64,000 bases of DNA from Camelus ferus (lineage: Eukaryota): NCBI RefSeq assembly GCF_009834535.1, contig NC_045697.1, positions 95,668,001 through 95,732,000 of the forward strand, written 5' to 3'. Shown here piece after piece: positions 26,197-39,350 of this stretch (positions within the stretch are counted from its first letter, which is position 1; every line of letters begins with the position of its first letter). Below the pieces are notes generated by a model. That model did no database searches. It was not told the DNA's origin and saw only the letters and a program-made list of their open reading frames with translations. Both the position numbers and the translations under genes were made by a program.

Positions 26197-26602
26197 GGAG
26201 TACATTAAACATGGCCACAATTTATTTGCAGGTCTACCCACAAATAGATGAAATCCGTTTTCCAGGTTTTTAAACCTGGCCTGTCATCATAACTTGCTTT
26301 GGCCAATAATGACCAACAAGTGACACTGCATAAGTTTTAGAGCCTGGGTCTGAAAAAGTTTCACAACTATGCCTTGTACCCATTTGCAGCACTGCCCTTG
26401 TCCATTTTGCCATGAAGAAACAAGGATAAAAGACCTTAGAGAAAGAGACCCAGATACACAGGCCCCTCCAGGTAAAGCCTGTTCCCAGGCTAATCGAAAG
26501 CAGGAAATACATCACTCAACCAACCCTCAGAATCATAAGAAATAATCATTACAGAGCCAAAATTTGGGGGAAGTTTGTTAGCAGCTATTGATAACTGAAA
26601 CA
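26197..26602 (+). mobile_element. MaLR solo LTR (MLT1G/H-like)
   Basis: atggccacaatttatttgc...aacttgctttggccaat...cagaatcataagaaataa...gtttgttagcagctattgataactgaaaca. Confidence 0.8.
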
Positions 26603-27609
26603 TGATTTCAATAGAGACAGAGTTCCATCTTATAATTCTACTTTCACTTTATCTGTATTTATTTACTTGCTAGAAGTAACTACTTTAGGGTGATTGAGGG
26701 AGTTAATATAAAAGAGGAGATACTTGATCCTACCTTCACTTCTATAGTAACTCAGTGTATGGGATTATTAAGAATTAAATATCAGCAACTTATTGTTTTG
26801 CTTTCAGCAGACTAAGTATGTGGGAGTTTGAAAAAGAGAAGAAAGTGTATCTATCTATATCTATACATATTATATATATGCCACTTCACAATTGAAATTT
26901 TTTGCAAACTACTATTACTTGGGGATAATGTAGAGAAATATTCTTTATATAAAAATTTTAAAGTATTCTTAGTACTTAAGGCTGTTGAGCTGTTAAAATT
27001 ACACATTCTAAACTAGTTCTAAAGAAGAATTTAAGAATCTCCCTTTTAATTTAGATTATGCTAATATTCTAGATCAGTTTAATTTGAATTATATCAAAAC
27101 GATTTATTCAAGATGTATAAGAAATAAAAATAGAGGAATAACTGATTTACAGGAAAGACTACTGAAGAATCAAAAATCATTGTATCACATCATTACAGAC
27201 TCCCATGTTTTATTTATTCTTGACTCACTTGACATTAGTTAGAAAATGTCAATTAAAATATTGAAACTGGTTAAAATAATTTTTTAACCAAAAGTAATTA
27301 TTTAGAGTACATATAAAAAATACTTATTAACAGCTTGGAATATCACCTATGCTTATCAAAGCTACCAGAATGAAGCCATTTAAGAACAATGTTGAAATTT
27401 ATATTTTCCAGTGAGTTGACTAAAATACAGAACAATTAGTAATTAAGTCATACTAATGAGCTAACATCTAATGTGCTTGCTGTAATTTTACTAAGTGGTA
27501 CATCTGTTTAAACTAATCTCTCTTAAGAGAAACTTTGTTTCCCTCTAGAAAAATAAGAGCAAAAGGAAATCTTATTTTAACATGGCATAACATTTGCTTT
27601 ATGTTTATA

Positions 27610-27910
27610 ATTCTGTACATATATATAAATAATCCTGTATGTGTATGTATAATCCTGCACATATCCTGTATGTTATGTTATATAATATCTACACATATGT
27701 GTACTGTATGATATACACATTATAATGTAATATATGATATATAATCGTATGACTATTTGATGTAAAATTGGTTAGCATCATACAGCTTCCTCAATCCTAT
27801 ATCAACAATTTTAATATGTGTATTTTGATACATTTTCCCCTAACCCTCAAAGACATGTATATACATATTACACAAATATACATGTATACATATATATAAC
27901 ATACACATAA
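27610..27910. repeat. Degenerate (TA/TG/CA)-rich low-complexity tract
   Basis: Direct reading. Confidence 0.6.
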
Positions 27911-30329
27911 CAAAATTCAAATTATGACTACTTAGCTATTTTTGAAGTTAAATAGTTGATAAGTTATCTAATATTTTTCTATTAGTTTATTAGTACTCCC
28001 ATAAAAACAAAAGTTTGTTTTATTTTCTTGACTAAACTAAAGCAGCAAATTATCTAGGCACATAAAACCAATTCTTCTAAGCATTAGGATTCTCAACTCT
28101 TTAAGCACAAACCTATGTAAAAACTTAAGGGAAAACACATAAATTAGTGGTCAGTCTAAAGAGAACTGAGACTTGGAGTGTACCAACTGTTTGATTCTTG
28201 ACATGAAAAAATAGATTCTAAATAGGGGGAAAATAAATAAATATTGGCAAATTAGAAAATGAGCAATGGGGCCAAATTTTGCAAGATAATAAAAGTCAGT
28301 TGAATGTTAAATCTATTAATATTTGTAAAGTGCTTACAACAGTTCCTGATACATATGGAGTGATAAATACATATTTGTTAAATAATTTCAGAACAATGAA
28401 TACAATTAATGGGAAATGAAATGATTAAAAAAGCTATTCTCGCAGTTATGTGTAAGGAAGATTAAGCAAGAGACTGTAAGCACAGTGACTTTTGTATAAT
28501 GCATCCATAAGGTAAAATAGAATATATTCAATCAGATAATATTCAACCATATAATGTCCCTTATTATGAAAAACTACCTCAAAGTTCAACTAGGATTGTT
28601 TAGAATTCACTAATCTGGTGAATTTGCTTTTAACTAAAACAATTCTAATAAAGGATGGAGTAAAGAATGAATTTTGAATTATAAAAAGAAAATTGGACAA
28701 TAAGGTGAAAATATTAGATTATGGAATAAGCCACTAAAGTTAAGATAATATTAAATATAATTGATCTGTTCACTATGGTGTCAATAGCTGTAAAATGCCA
28801 AGAGAGGGACAACAACCTGCTTATTAAAGGTGAAGAAATTAGAGGGTAAAAGCTGGAATTGTTCTATTACTTGAAAACCTTGTTTCATGATTTAAAATTA
28901 TATAACAGAAAGCACAGATGGAAGCAATGGTAACGTGCAAAAATTTCCACTTGAAACAGATTAAGTTTAATGATCATATTGAACTTCTAGTGAGTACAAA
29001 CATGCTCTCTAACCAGCAGAGGCAGCCCGCTTGCCTCAGTGATAAATGCTCTGATTTTGTGTGTCATTGCATCTCATTTCAAATGTTGGCGGGATGTTAA
29101 TAATTTGATAATAAATGAAAACCTCTTTAAGCTTGTTGGATGCAATTGGTAAGCAGCAATTGGTAATCTTCCGTATTTATTTTATTTCATTCCATTTATA
29201 GTTGCACTTGTCATCAAGAAGGGAGTAAACCAATGATATTTGGGCAGACGTGCCAGCATAACCTGAAAAATATTAGAAGCCACTAATCAAATGAGAATTT
29301 TGTTTAAATGTTGCTGTTTCAAAAAAATACATTTGTATCTAAAACACTTTCAGACAGGAAAGTCAAGCCAAACCTATTGGCAATGTTAAGACAAAAGTGA
29401 ATCTAACCAATACATAAATCTGAGGCACATGTTATTATGACTTTTAGTAAAAATAGTCTTTGAAATATGCTTCTAACTGGATAAAATGGATGCAATAATA
29501 TAGAGGATGGCAAACTATTCAACATTTCTCCAAGATACAAAACTTATTATGGAAATAGCATGTCTCAAAACAAGGCACTTAAGTCAGTATAAATTATGAA
29601 TACTAAATATTAACCTAAATTACTGTTCTTATGATCTGTTAGAGACTATGTTCTGTCTTCCTGAAATGTATTGCTTCTACTACTCTTTTACTTGGAATCA
29701 ATTTGAATAAAAACACATTGTGCTTAATTGAGCAGCTAATTATATGAAAATGGCTGTCAGTCAAGCAATAGCAAATGGGCTATTTTCAAAATAAACAATG
29801 GTTTAGTGAATTTGACTTTTTTCCCCACTACAGCTTATGTTGACAATTCCATAATTGCTGTTCTTGCTACATGTATAAAGCGCAATCCCTATGTCATGAG
29901 TATTAGAATAAAAGCTCAATTTTTCTTGCTACTGAAGTATACTCAATGAATAGTAAAGTACTTTGCAAATAGCATTCAGCTCAAAATAGATATTTTTATA
30001 AGAGCTACCCATTTGTACCAATTACCATTTGTGCCAAGTACAATATTTTCAACATTTATTGCTAGGATTTTATTTCCTTGGAGAACTACAGATTTATTAA
30101 AATTCTAAGAAATGTCCATTCTATACCAACAAATAAAACCCACAAAAATATTAAAATATATATTCCTCTAATTCTTGGACCTAAATAGCTATTGTTGACA
30201 GAAATTTCACAGAGTGTATTTGGTCTCTTCCACCCAATATATATTCCATGGGATTCCTCTAAATCTGTGCTGAAAAGCACACGCTATTTTTTCTTACTCC
30301 ATCTGGCATTAAGAGCACTCATGTACAAT

Positions 30330-30530
30330 TCTAACATTTGAGAACCTTGAGCTGTTTTCAGTATAGCACTGAGGCTCTTTGTGATACGCTCACATGTGCT
30401 CTCCAGCATCATGTCCCACCACTCTTTATGTGTACTTCTAACATAATGACTTAATATGTAGGTAGAAAACTACTTTTACCTCTCTAAATACATCATATTA
30501 TCTAGCACCTTAATGTTTCATATATGCACG
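30330..30530 (+). mobile_element. L2 fragment
   Basis: gaggctctttgtgatacgctcacatgtgctctccagcatcatgtcccaccactct resembles the L2 3' body. Confidence 0.4.
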
Positions 30531-30549
30531 CGCTTTGTCTAAAGTGTCT

Positions 30550-32640
30550 CTTTGTGGCGCAGCCATTGAAAGAGGCTTTGTGAATTGAATGGCAATGGAT
30601 AGATCCTGGAGCAGTGGGGGTCACAACATAGCAAATGGCCACCAGACAAATGAGTAACATGGTTATCATGATGGTTATCAACCTGAACAAGTCATCAGAA
30701 TGGTTTGAAACAAAGATCTTTGGCAGTTGCCAAATGATCCTGAAAGTGAAATAAATTGGCCAACTTGTGAAACTTTACTTGATTTGTTTATGGGGGAAAA
30801 GAAAATTCCTATGTATTGTGAACAGAAGCTTCATGAATCAAACCATAAATTTTTTGTGTACACTAGAGTGTATACAAAGTCATCAAATAAAAATAGCATA
30901 TATTAGATCAGTACTGAAAGTCTGCAAAGGTACAAATGAATTCTAAGGTAAATTTCTCATAATCCTCTAATGTAACTCCAACTACAACTGACCTTCTTTG
31001 CAACTCATATGTACAATCTTAATTTGAGTTTCTTAAGACTCATTGATAAAAGAAAAAGTTACGGCCTGGTTTGTTATGTGAATTAAAACACTTGTGTTGT
31101 CATGACCTGAATGTGAATGGTGTGGCCTTACAGCTTCACTCCAGGATAGTTCAGAAAGCCTTTAGCAAAAACAAATCCTACCAGTCAACAAGTCTTCATG
31201 AAGTTCACTTAGTAGTTCCTTTGCCCAAATGGAAAAAATGGTTAGAAGTAAAGATCCACAATTGACTCATGGAAGCAGCTAAAAGTTTGTCTACCAGTTC
31301 AAGGCGGAAATACACTTGTAAATTGACAGTAGAGAGATCTGGGAATGACATGTGTAGACTTCTGAAAATTACTAAGAGAGTAAGGGTATTTGTGAATAGG
31401 TGAATGTTCACATGGTTGCACCCAGGGCAACCACTACAGAGGAGACTGTCATTAATGAAGTGACCAAGATAACACATTCTGATGATGTCGGTACACCCTC
31501 CTTTACTATTTACTCTAGCCCTTACTCAGTAAGACTGACGTAACAGATGAGGTTAGTGCACGACAGGGGCTTTTGCTTAACAATAAAAGAGTGTAGCACT
31601 AATCTCCTAATATTAGTGCTTTCCTTAGGTACAAGCAAGCCACCTGATGGCCAACTGATTATACTGCATCTCTTCCATCACATAAGGGGTAGCAGTTGGC
31701 CCTTAGTGGAACAGATAATTTTGATCTGGATTTACATTTCTTGCCTGAAATGCTTCTGCCAGCAATAGTGGTTTAAGGGACACACTTTACCTCCTAGAAT
31801 ACTACATAGAATCACTTATGACAAAGTCATTTTACAAAGAAAAAGTATGTCCATGTTCTCATGCCCATGGAATTCACTGGTCTTACCACACTCCAATTAT
31901 CCTGAAGCAACTGGCTTCATGTAACATAGGAACAGTCCGTAGAAGATTCAATTACAAAGCCAGCCCTGCCTGTGACTATATGGTATGAAGTCTGTGTGCT
32001 TTTCTACATGTTTTGTGCTCTGATATTTTATATATTATGTACACTATATAATATATGCCATATAGCCACAGATCTAGCAATTAAGGAATAAAAGATGGTT
32101 ATTCTCATTATTATCTCTAATTTCTTACTAGAAGATTGGCTTAAAGATCTTAATTCTCAAAGAAGGAACAATTCAACAGAGAATACAACAGAAATTTTCA
32201 TTGAGCCAGATACAGAAACCACCTCCTGGCTACTGTGGGCTACACATGCCACTGAACCCCAAACAATGGGTTTGCTCTATTGACTTGATGATTGAGCCTA
32301 ATTATCAATTGGAAATTGGGTATTCCTTCAAATGAAGGCAAGAGTTAGTAAATTTGACATCCAGGGGGATCCTCTGAGTTGCTTATTAGCACTCCCATTG
32401 CCAGTAGTTAAAGTTTTTAGAAAGCTACAACTCAAAACAGCCAGAACCACTAATGCATGGATACTTCAGGAAGAAACATTTTATCTGATAAGATAAAGTT
32501 AAACATTTTATCTGATAAGTTAAGTTTATAAACTGATTAGGGGATGGCTAAGTACAAAGGGAAACTACAAGTGTGATGGAACACAAAAATAACGCCAACT
32601 TCTGATAAGTGCACGACATGTAGAGAAATAAGAACTGCTT
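30550..32640 (+). mobile_element. Ancient ERVL-class internal relic: gag C-terminus, then (protease/RT deleted at ~30830) RNase H, integrase and dUTPase; no LTRs seen
   Basis: gag-like gatctttggcagttgc..ttacttgatttgttt; RNase H ORF 31071-31265 (VALQLHS..KSYQ..LHEVHLVV..WKKWLEVKI, cf. ERVL AALQP..KSSQWAELRAVHLVV..WKEKWPEVR); integrase aagggacacacttt (QGTHF) and catgcccatggaattcactggtcttaccac (HAHGIHWSYH); post-integrase dUTPase-like ccacctcctggctac..tgattgagcctaattatcaattggaaattggg..ggggatcctctg. Confidence 0.85.
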
Positions 32641-32679
32641 ATCGTCTTCCTAGGTTTGATATGTATAGGGTTATGTATA

Positions 32680-32900
32680 TTTGTTGATATATTAATTATA
32701 TGCATTTTTACATATTAATATAACTATATTAATGTAAATGTATGTGTATTTATATACATTAATATTTGTATATAAATATTAAACATACGTATATACTATA
32801 TACTTTATTATTAAATATAAAGTATAATATTTTCTTAGTATTAATATATCATTATTAGTAATATATAAACATAAATTAGTGATAAATTATATATAAAATT
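32680..32900. repeat. AT-rich low-complexity tract
   Basis: Direct reading. Confidence 0.7.
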
Positions 32901-33107
32901 TGTGTGTTTATACTTCCCAAGGCTGTTATAAAAGATCACAATAGCTACTTAGTGGGAGGCAGGAAATATTCCCTTGTTCTGAATGATAGGTAAAATAATT
33001 ACATTTAAACATCAAATTTATACATCACAATTTATGTAACCATGAATTACTCTGTATAATGTATGAGCAAGTAGTCACATAAAGTCGGTTTATAAAAGGA
33101 TACTATA

Positions 33108-35544
33108 ATCAAATTGGATTCATCCCAAGAACACAAGGATGGTTCAACATACACAAATCAATGTGATACACCACATCCACAAAAGGGACAAAAACTACAT
33201 GATCGTCTCAATAGATGCAGAAAAGGCATACAATTCAACACCCATTTATGATAAAAATCCTTAGCAAAGTGGGTATAGAGGGAACACGTATCAACAGAAT
33301 AGCAGCTATTTATGACAAACCTACAGCCAGCATAGGACTCAACGGTGAAAAGCTCAAAACCTTCCCACTAAAATCTGGGACAAGACAAGGTTGTCCACTG
33401 TCACTTCTATTCAACATAGTCTTGGAAGCCCTAGCCACAGCAATCAGGTGAGAACAAGAAATAAAAGGAATCCAAATTGGAAAAGGTAAAATTGTCACTA
33501 TATGCAGATGACATGATACTATATATAGAAAATCCTAAAATCTCCACACAAAAACTACTAGAGCTAATAAAAGAATTTGGCAAGGTAGCAGGGTACAAGA
33601 TTAATGTACAAAAAAATCAGTTGCATTTCTTTATACTAATGATGAATCAACATGAAAAGAAAGTAAAGAAACAATCCCTTTTAAAATTGCACCCAAAGTA
33701 ATAAAATATCTAGGAATAAATCTGACCAAGGAGGTCAAAGACTTCTACATGGAGAACTACAAAAAGTTGATTAAGGAAATTAAAGAAGAATTAAAGATAT
33801 GGAAAGATATCCTATGCTCTTGGATTGGAAAAAGCAATATTGTTAAAATGGCTATTCTGCCCAAGGCAATCTACAGATTTAATGCAATCCATATCAAATT
33901 ACCCAGGACATTTTTCACAGAACTAGAACAAATCACATTAAAATTTATATGGAATCACAAAAGACTCAGAATTGCCAAAGCATTACTGAAGATAAAGAAT
34001 GAAGCTGGAGGAAAAACCCTCCCAAAATTCAGATAATAATACAGAGCTACGTAATCAAAACAGCAGGGTATTGTCATAAAAACAGACATATGGATCAATG
34101 GAACAGAATAGAGCCCAGAAATGAACCCACAAACTTTTGGTCAATTGATCATTGACAAAGCAGGCAAGAACATACAATGGAATAAACACAGTCTCTTTAG
34201 CAAATGGTGTTGGGAAAACTGGACAGCTGTATGTTAATTAATGAAGTTAGAATACTCACTCACACTATACACAAAAATAAACTCAAAATCGATCAAAGAC
34301 TTAAACATAAGACATAATAAACCTCCTAGAAGAAAATATAGGCAAAACATTATCTGACATACATCTCAGCAATGTTCCCCTAGGGCAGTCTACCTAAGCA
34401 ATAGAAATATAAGCAAAAATAAACAAATGGGACCTAATTAAACTTACAAGCTTTTGCACAGCAAAGGAAAAATAAGCTAAACAAAACAACCACCTATGGA
34501 ATGGGAGAAAATATTTGCAAAAGATGAGAGTGACAAGGGCTAAATTTCCAGAATATATAAACATTTTATACAACTTAATAAGAAGAAAACAAACAACCCA
34601 ATCCAAAAAATGGGCAGAACTAAGCAAGCAATTCTCCAATGAAGACATATAAATGGCCAACAGGCACATGAAAAAATGCTCAATATTGTTAATTACCAGA
34701 GAGATGCAAATCAAAACTACAATGAGGTATCACCTCACACCAGTCTGAATGGCCATCATTCAAAAGTCCACTAAGGATAAATGCTGGAGAGGGTGTGGAT
34801 AAAAGGGGACCCTCCTACTCTGTTGGTGGAAATGTAGTTTGGTGCAGTCATTATGGAAAACAGCATGGAGACTCCTCAAAAGACTAAAAACAGACTTACC
34901 ATATGACCCAGTAATCCCACTCCTGGGCATGTATCCAGAGGGAACCTTAATTCAAAAAAACACCTGCACCCCAATGTTCATAGCAGCACTATTTACAATA
35001 GCCAGAGACATGGAAACAACCTAAATGTCCATCCACAGATGACTGGATAAAGAAGATGTGGTGTATTTATACAATGGAATACTACTCAGCCATAAAAATG
35101 AATAAAATAATTCCATTTGTAGCAATATGGATGGACCTGGAGAATGTCATTCTAAGTGAAGTAAGCCAGAAAGAGAAAGAAAAATGTCAAATGATATCAC
35201 TCATATGTGGAATCTAAAAAGAAAAAAAATGAACTTATTTATAAAACAGAAACAGAGTCACAGACATAGAAAACAAATTTATGGTTACCAGAGGGGAAAG
35301 GGCAGGGAAGGGATAAACTGGGAGTTCAAAATTTGCAGATACTGACTGATAATATATGATAGACAAGTTTATACTGTATAGCAGAGGGAACTATATTTGA
35401 TATCTTGTAGTAGCTTATGGTGAAAAAGAAAATGAAAATGAATATATGTATATTTACGTATCACTGAAGCATTGTACTGTACTCCATAAGAGGATACAAT
35501 GTTATAACCTGACTATACTTCAATAAAAAAGTAAAAAAAAAATT
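33108..35544 (+). mobile_element. 5'-truncated LINE-1 (~2.4 kb, RT to A-tail) with 13-bp TSD
   Basis: RT motifs [10 protein letters not shown] and LYADDMILY (ORF 33477-33701); TSD aaaggatactata (33095-33107) / aaaggatgctata (35545-35557); several frameshifts and stops. Confidence 0.97.
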
Positions 35545-37212
35545 AAAGGATGCTATATAAAAATAATTATTTTTAAAACAATGTAAACATTCTATGTACC
35601 TTTTAATTGTGTTTTATGCATTAGGAATGATCAAGTAGGAAATAAAACAGTTAAGGCATCCTTTCAGCTCTATCCAAGGTGTTGTGTAGCATTTCAGATT
35701 TTGGATGTTGGGCATTATGATACTACTGAAAAGAGGAAAAGCATAATCTTAAACATTGATAAGATTGGAAGCTAACTTTTAGATACATAAATCCAGTTTA
35801 CTAAAATAAATCCACTGGGAAAATGACTTAAGAAAATGATGTTTTTTATTTGTGAAAATGGTATAAAGTTACATAAATTCAATTTACTAAAATAAATTCA
35901 CTGGGAAAATGACTCTTGTTAAGTAAATGATTTAATTTTTTTATTTATGAAAATGATATCAATTTTTGTTTATTTTTCCCCTTTTTTGTTTCTAATTAAA
36001 AAATATTTTTCTACTTTGTTTTCACTTTCAGGATATATTTCTCAAAAAATCTTGGACTCAGGATTCTAAATAAATTTCAGTATCAGTACTATCTTAAAAA
36101 CAGATTTCATGAGAATTTACATATGCATGTTTATTAAAGCACTAATATAAAATTACAGATATTTTAGAGTGAATAAAACCATTGACTGGCAAATAACAAT
36201 TAGCCTGGAAATACTAGTTTGGACAGCATTGATTAGATCTCTTAGTTTTTAAATGGATTTAATTTCCTTTAATAATGTCTGCTAAATTCATTTCTTAACA
36301 CCGGTGTTCTCTGTCTTAAAAAATTTGCTTGACTATTATTTATTTTATGATTAGTATGCTGATTTTCTTTGCTAAAGTGATTTAACAAGTGACCTGCCTC
36401 AGTGCCTTTAATGCATTTCATATTTCGGAAGCTCAACTCGGCATACATTTATGTAATATTTTATATGAAACTGGCCCCATGCCAGGTATTGTACTGACAC
36501 GCAGGCGCCCAAATTGGGAAACATGATCCTTCTCTGATAGGATATGCTGGAAGTAATGATGCGAACATCAAAGGGAAAAGATGTAGACTAAGGAAAGGAG
36601 CTCATCTATGACAGAATTGTGTGGATATATAAGCATATAAAATATTATGTTATTGGCATATTAGTCAATAATAGTAAATAAGTAAGTATTCCTCCTATCA
36701 GAATGATCTAAAAGAAAAGAATCATCCGAGTATCTGAACTGGCCATTTCAAAAAAAAAAAAAAAAAAAAAAAAGAAAGTTCCTTGAAGAAAAACTTCTTA
36801 ATAAAATGAAAGGTCAGGCAGAGTGCCAATTACTGTTAATGAAAAAAAGAAACAGATCTTAGATTTACTGAAAAATTTTTCTGAACTTCAAACACAGATT
36901 ACCACACTGGGAAGAGAAATAAAATGTGTAAGAACTTTTGCCTGAAATGAAAATAGAATCAGAATATTATAATAGTTCTTTTCTATAGCACCAATTGCTA
37001 ATACACAAGAACAAAAGTTCAAATACCAGAGTTGTGGCCCAAGATATACAGCACTAGGTGAAGATACATTACCTACTTAGTACCTGCTTATAATGCCAAT
37101 AAATAATTATAATACTAAATGAACTCTCATTAAATATGTTATAAAACATTTAACTATATTTTAGAAATTCATCAAGACTTTCAATTCCAATCATGGTATA
37201 ATTTTCCTCAGC

Positions 37213-37653
37213 TTTTATTTCTTTAATTGAATTATAATTGAGTTATAGGATTATATTAGTTTCAGGCATACAACATAGTGTTTCAGTATTTTTATAGATT
37301 ATACTCCATTTAAAGTTATTTTTTAAAAGGCTATATTTTCCTGTGCTATACAATGTAACTTTACATATCTATTTCATAAACAATAGTTTATATCACTTAT
37401 TCCTCTACCCCTACCTTGCCCCTCCCTCTCTTCCCTCTCTCCACTGGTAACCACTACTTTATTCTCCTTATATGTGAATCTGTTTCTGATTTATTATATA
37501 TGTGTGGAATCTAAAAACTAATATACGTAAATATAAATGATAACAGAATTTGTCTTTGTCTGACTTATTTCACAGAGTATACAATACTCCCTAGGTCCAT
37601 CCACACTATTGGAAATAGAATTTAATTCTTTTTACGGATGAGTAGTATTCCAT

Positions 37654-37700
<47 letters not shown>

Positions 37701-38065
37701 TTTATATATATATCTCACATCTTTTTGACCCATCTGTTAATGGACACGGGTTGCTTCCCTATCTTGGCTGTTGTACATAATGCTGCTATTAATATTGGAG
37801 TGCATGTGTCTCTTCAGACTAGTGTTTTTATTTTTCCACCCAGGAGTGGAATTGCTGATCATATGGTAGATCTATTTTTAGCTTTTTGAGGAAACTCCAC
37901 AATGTTTTCCATAGTGGTTATACCAATTTACATTCCCACCAACAGTGTACAAGGGTTCCCTTTCCCCACATCTTCACCAACATTTGTAGACTTTCTCATG
38001 GTAGCCATTTCTGAAAAGTGCGAGGTGATATCTCATTATGGGTTTGATGTGCATATTACTGATAA
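37213..38065 (-). mobile_element. 5'-truncated LINE-1 3' end, antisense
   Basis: T-rich tail at left, antisense 3'UTR and ORF2 C-terminus (caatttacattcccaccaacagtgtacaagggttcccttt). Confidence 0.92.
37656..37698 (+). repeat. (TG)n microsatellite
   Basis: About 19-20 TG units read directly. Confidence 0.95.
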
Positions 38066-39350
38066 ACAGCTACATGCAAAAGAATGAGATTAGAACATTT
38101 TCTCATATGATGTAGAAAAAAACCCTCAAAATAGATTAAATACCTAAATGTAAGACCTATAATCATAAAACTCCTAGAGAACAAAGGCAGAAACTCCTTG
38201 ACATAAATCAAAGCAGCATTTTTTAAAATATGTCTAAGGCAAAACAAATAACAGCAAAAATAAATTTGTTTAATTAAACTTCAAAGATTTTGCACAGCAA
38301 AGGAAACCATTGACAAAATGGAAGAGCAACCTACTGAAAGAGAGAAAATTTTAAATGATGTGACCTGTAAGGGATTAATATCCAAAATATATAAACACCT
38401 CATAAAACTCACTATTAAAAAAAGAAACAATTCAATTTAAAAATGGACAGAAGAACTAAGACATTTTTCCAAAGAAGGCATATAAATGACCTACAGGCAT
38501 ATGAAAAGATGCTCAACATCACTAATCAGAGAAATGCAAATCAAACCACAATTAGATACCACCTCACCACTGAAAGAATGGTTAACAACAAGAAGGCCAC
38601 AAACAAACATTGGCAAGGATGTGGAGGAAAAGGAACCCTAGTACACTGTTGCTGGGAATGTATATTGGTGTAGTTACTATGGAAAACACTGTAGTCACTA
38701 TGGAAAACATTGTGGAAGTTCCTCAAAAAACTAAAAATAAAAACTACCATATGATCTAGCAACTCCACTTCTGGGTATACACCCAGAAAAAAATAAAAGC
38801 ACTAATTTGGAAAGATATATGCACCCCAATATTCACAGCAGCACAATTTACAATAGCAAAAATATGGAAGCAACGTTAAGTGTCCATTAACAGATTAATG
38901 ATCAGATAAAGATGTGGCATATATGTATGATGGAATATTATTCAGCCATAAAAAACAATAAAATTCTACCATTTGCAACAACTTGGATGGACCTAGAGGG
39001 TATTATGCTTCATGAAGTAAGTCAGAGAAAGACAAATACTCTGTTATTTGCATGCGGAACTTAAAACCTAACGGAAAGGAACATATATTACAAAATAAAG
39101 AGAATCACAGTTAATAGAGAACAAATTAGTGGTTACCAATGGGGAGAGAGAAGGGGGAGGGGCACAATAGGGGTAGGGTATTCAGGAAAACAAACTATTT
39201 ATAAAATGGATAAGCAACAAGCATATATTGTACACCACAGGAAAATACAGCCATTGATGTGTAGGTAAGTTTAAATGGAGTATAATTTATAAAAACGTTG
39301 TATACCTGAAACTAATATTGTAAGTCAACTATACTTCAATAGTAAATAAC
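38066..39350 (+). mobile_element. 5'-truncated LINE-1 3' end, sense, joined head-to-head to the previous L1
   Basis: acagctacatgcaaaagaatga... to ...gtcaactatacttcaat. Confidence 0.92.

Noticed and set aside
37213..39350. Classical twin-primed 5'-inverted L1
   Set aside because: Both halves contain a 3'UTR and tail and overlap in L1 coordinates; no convincing shared TSD.
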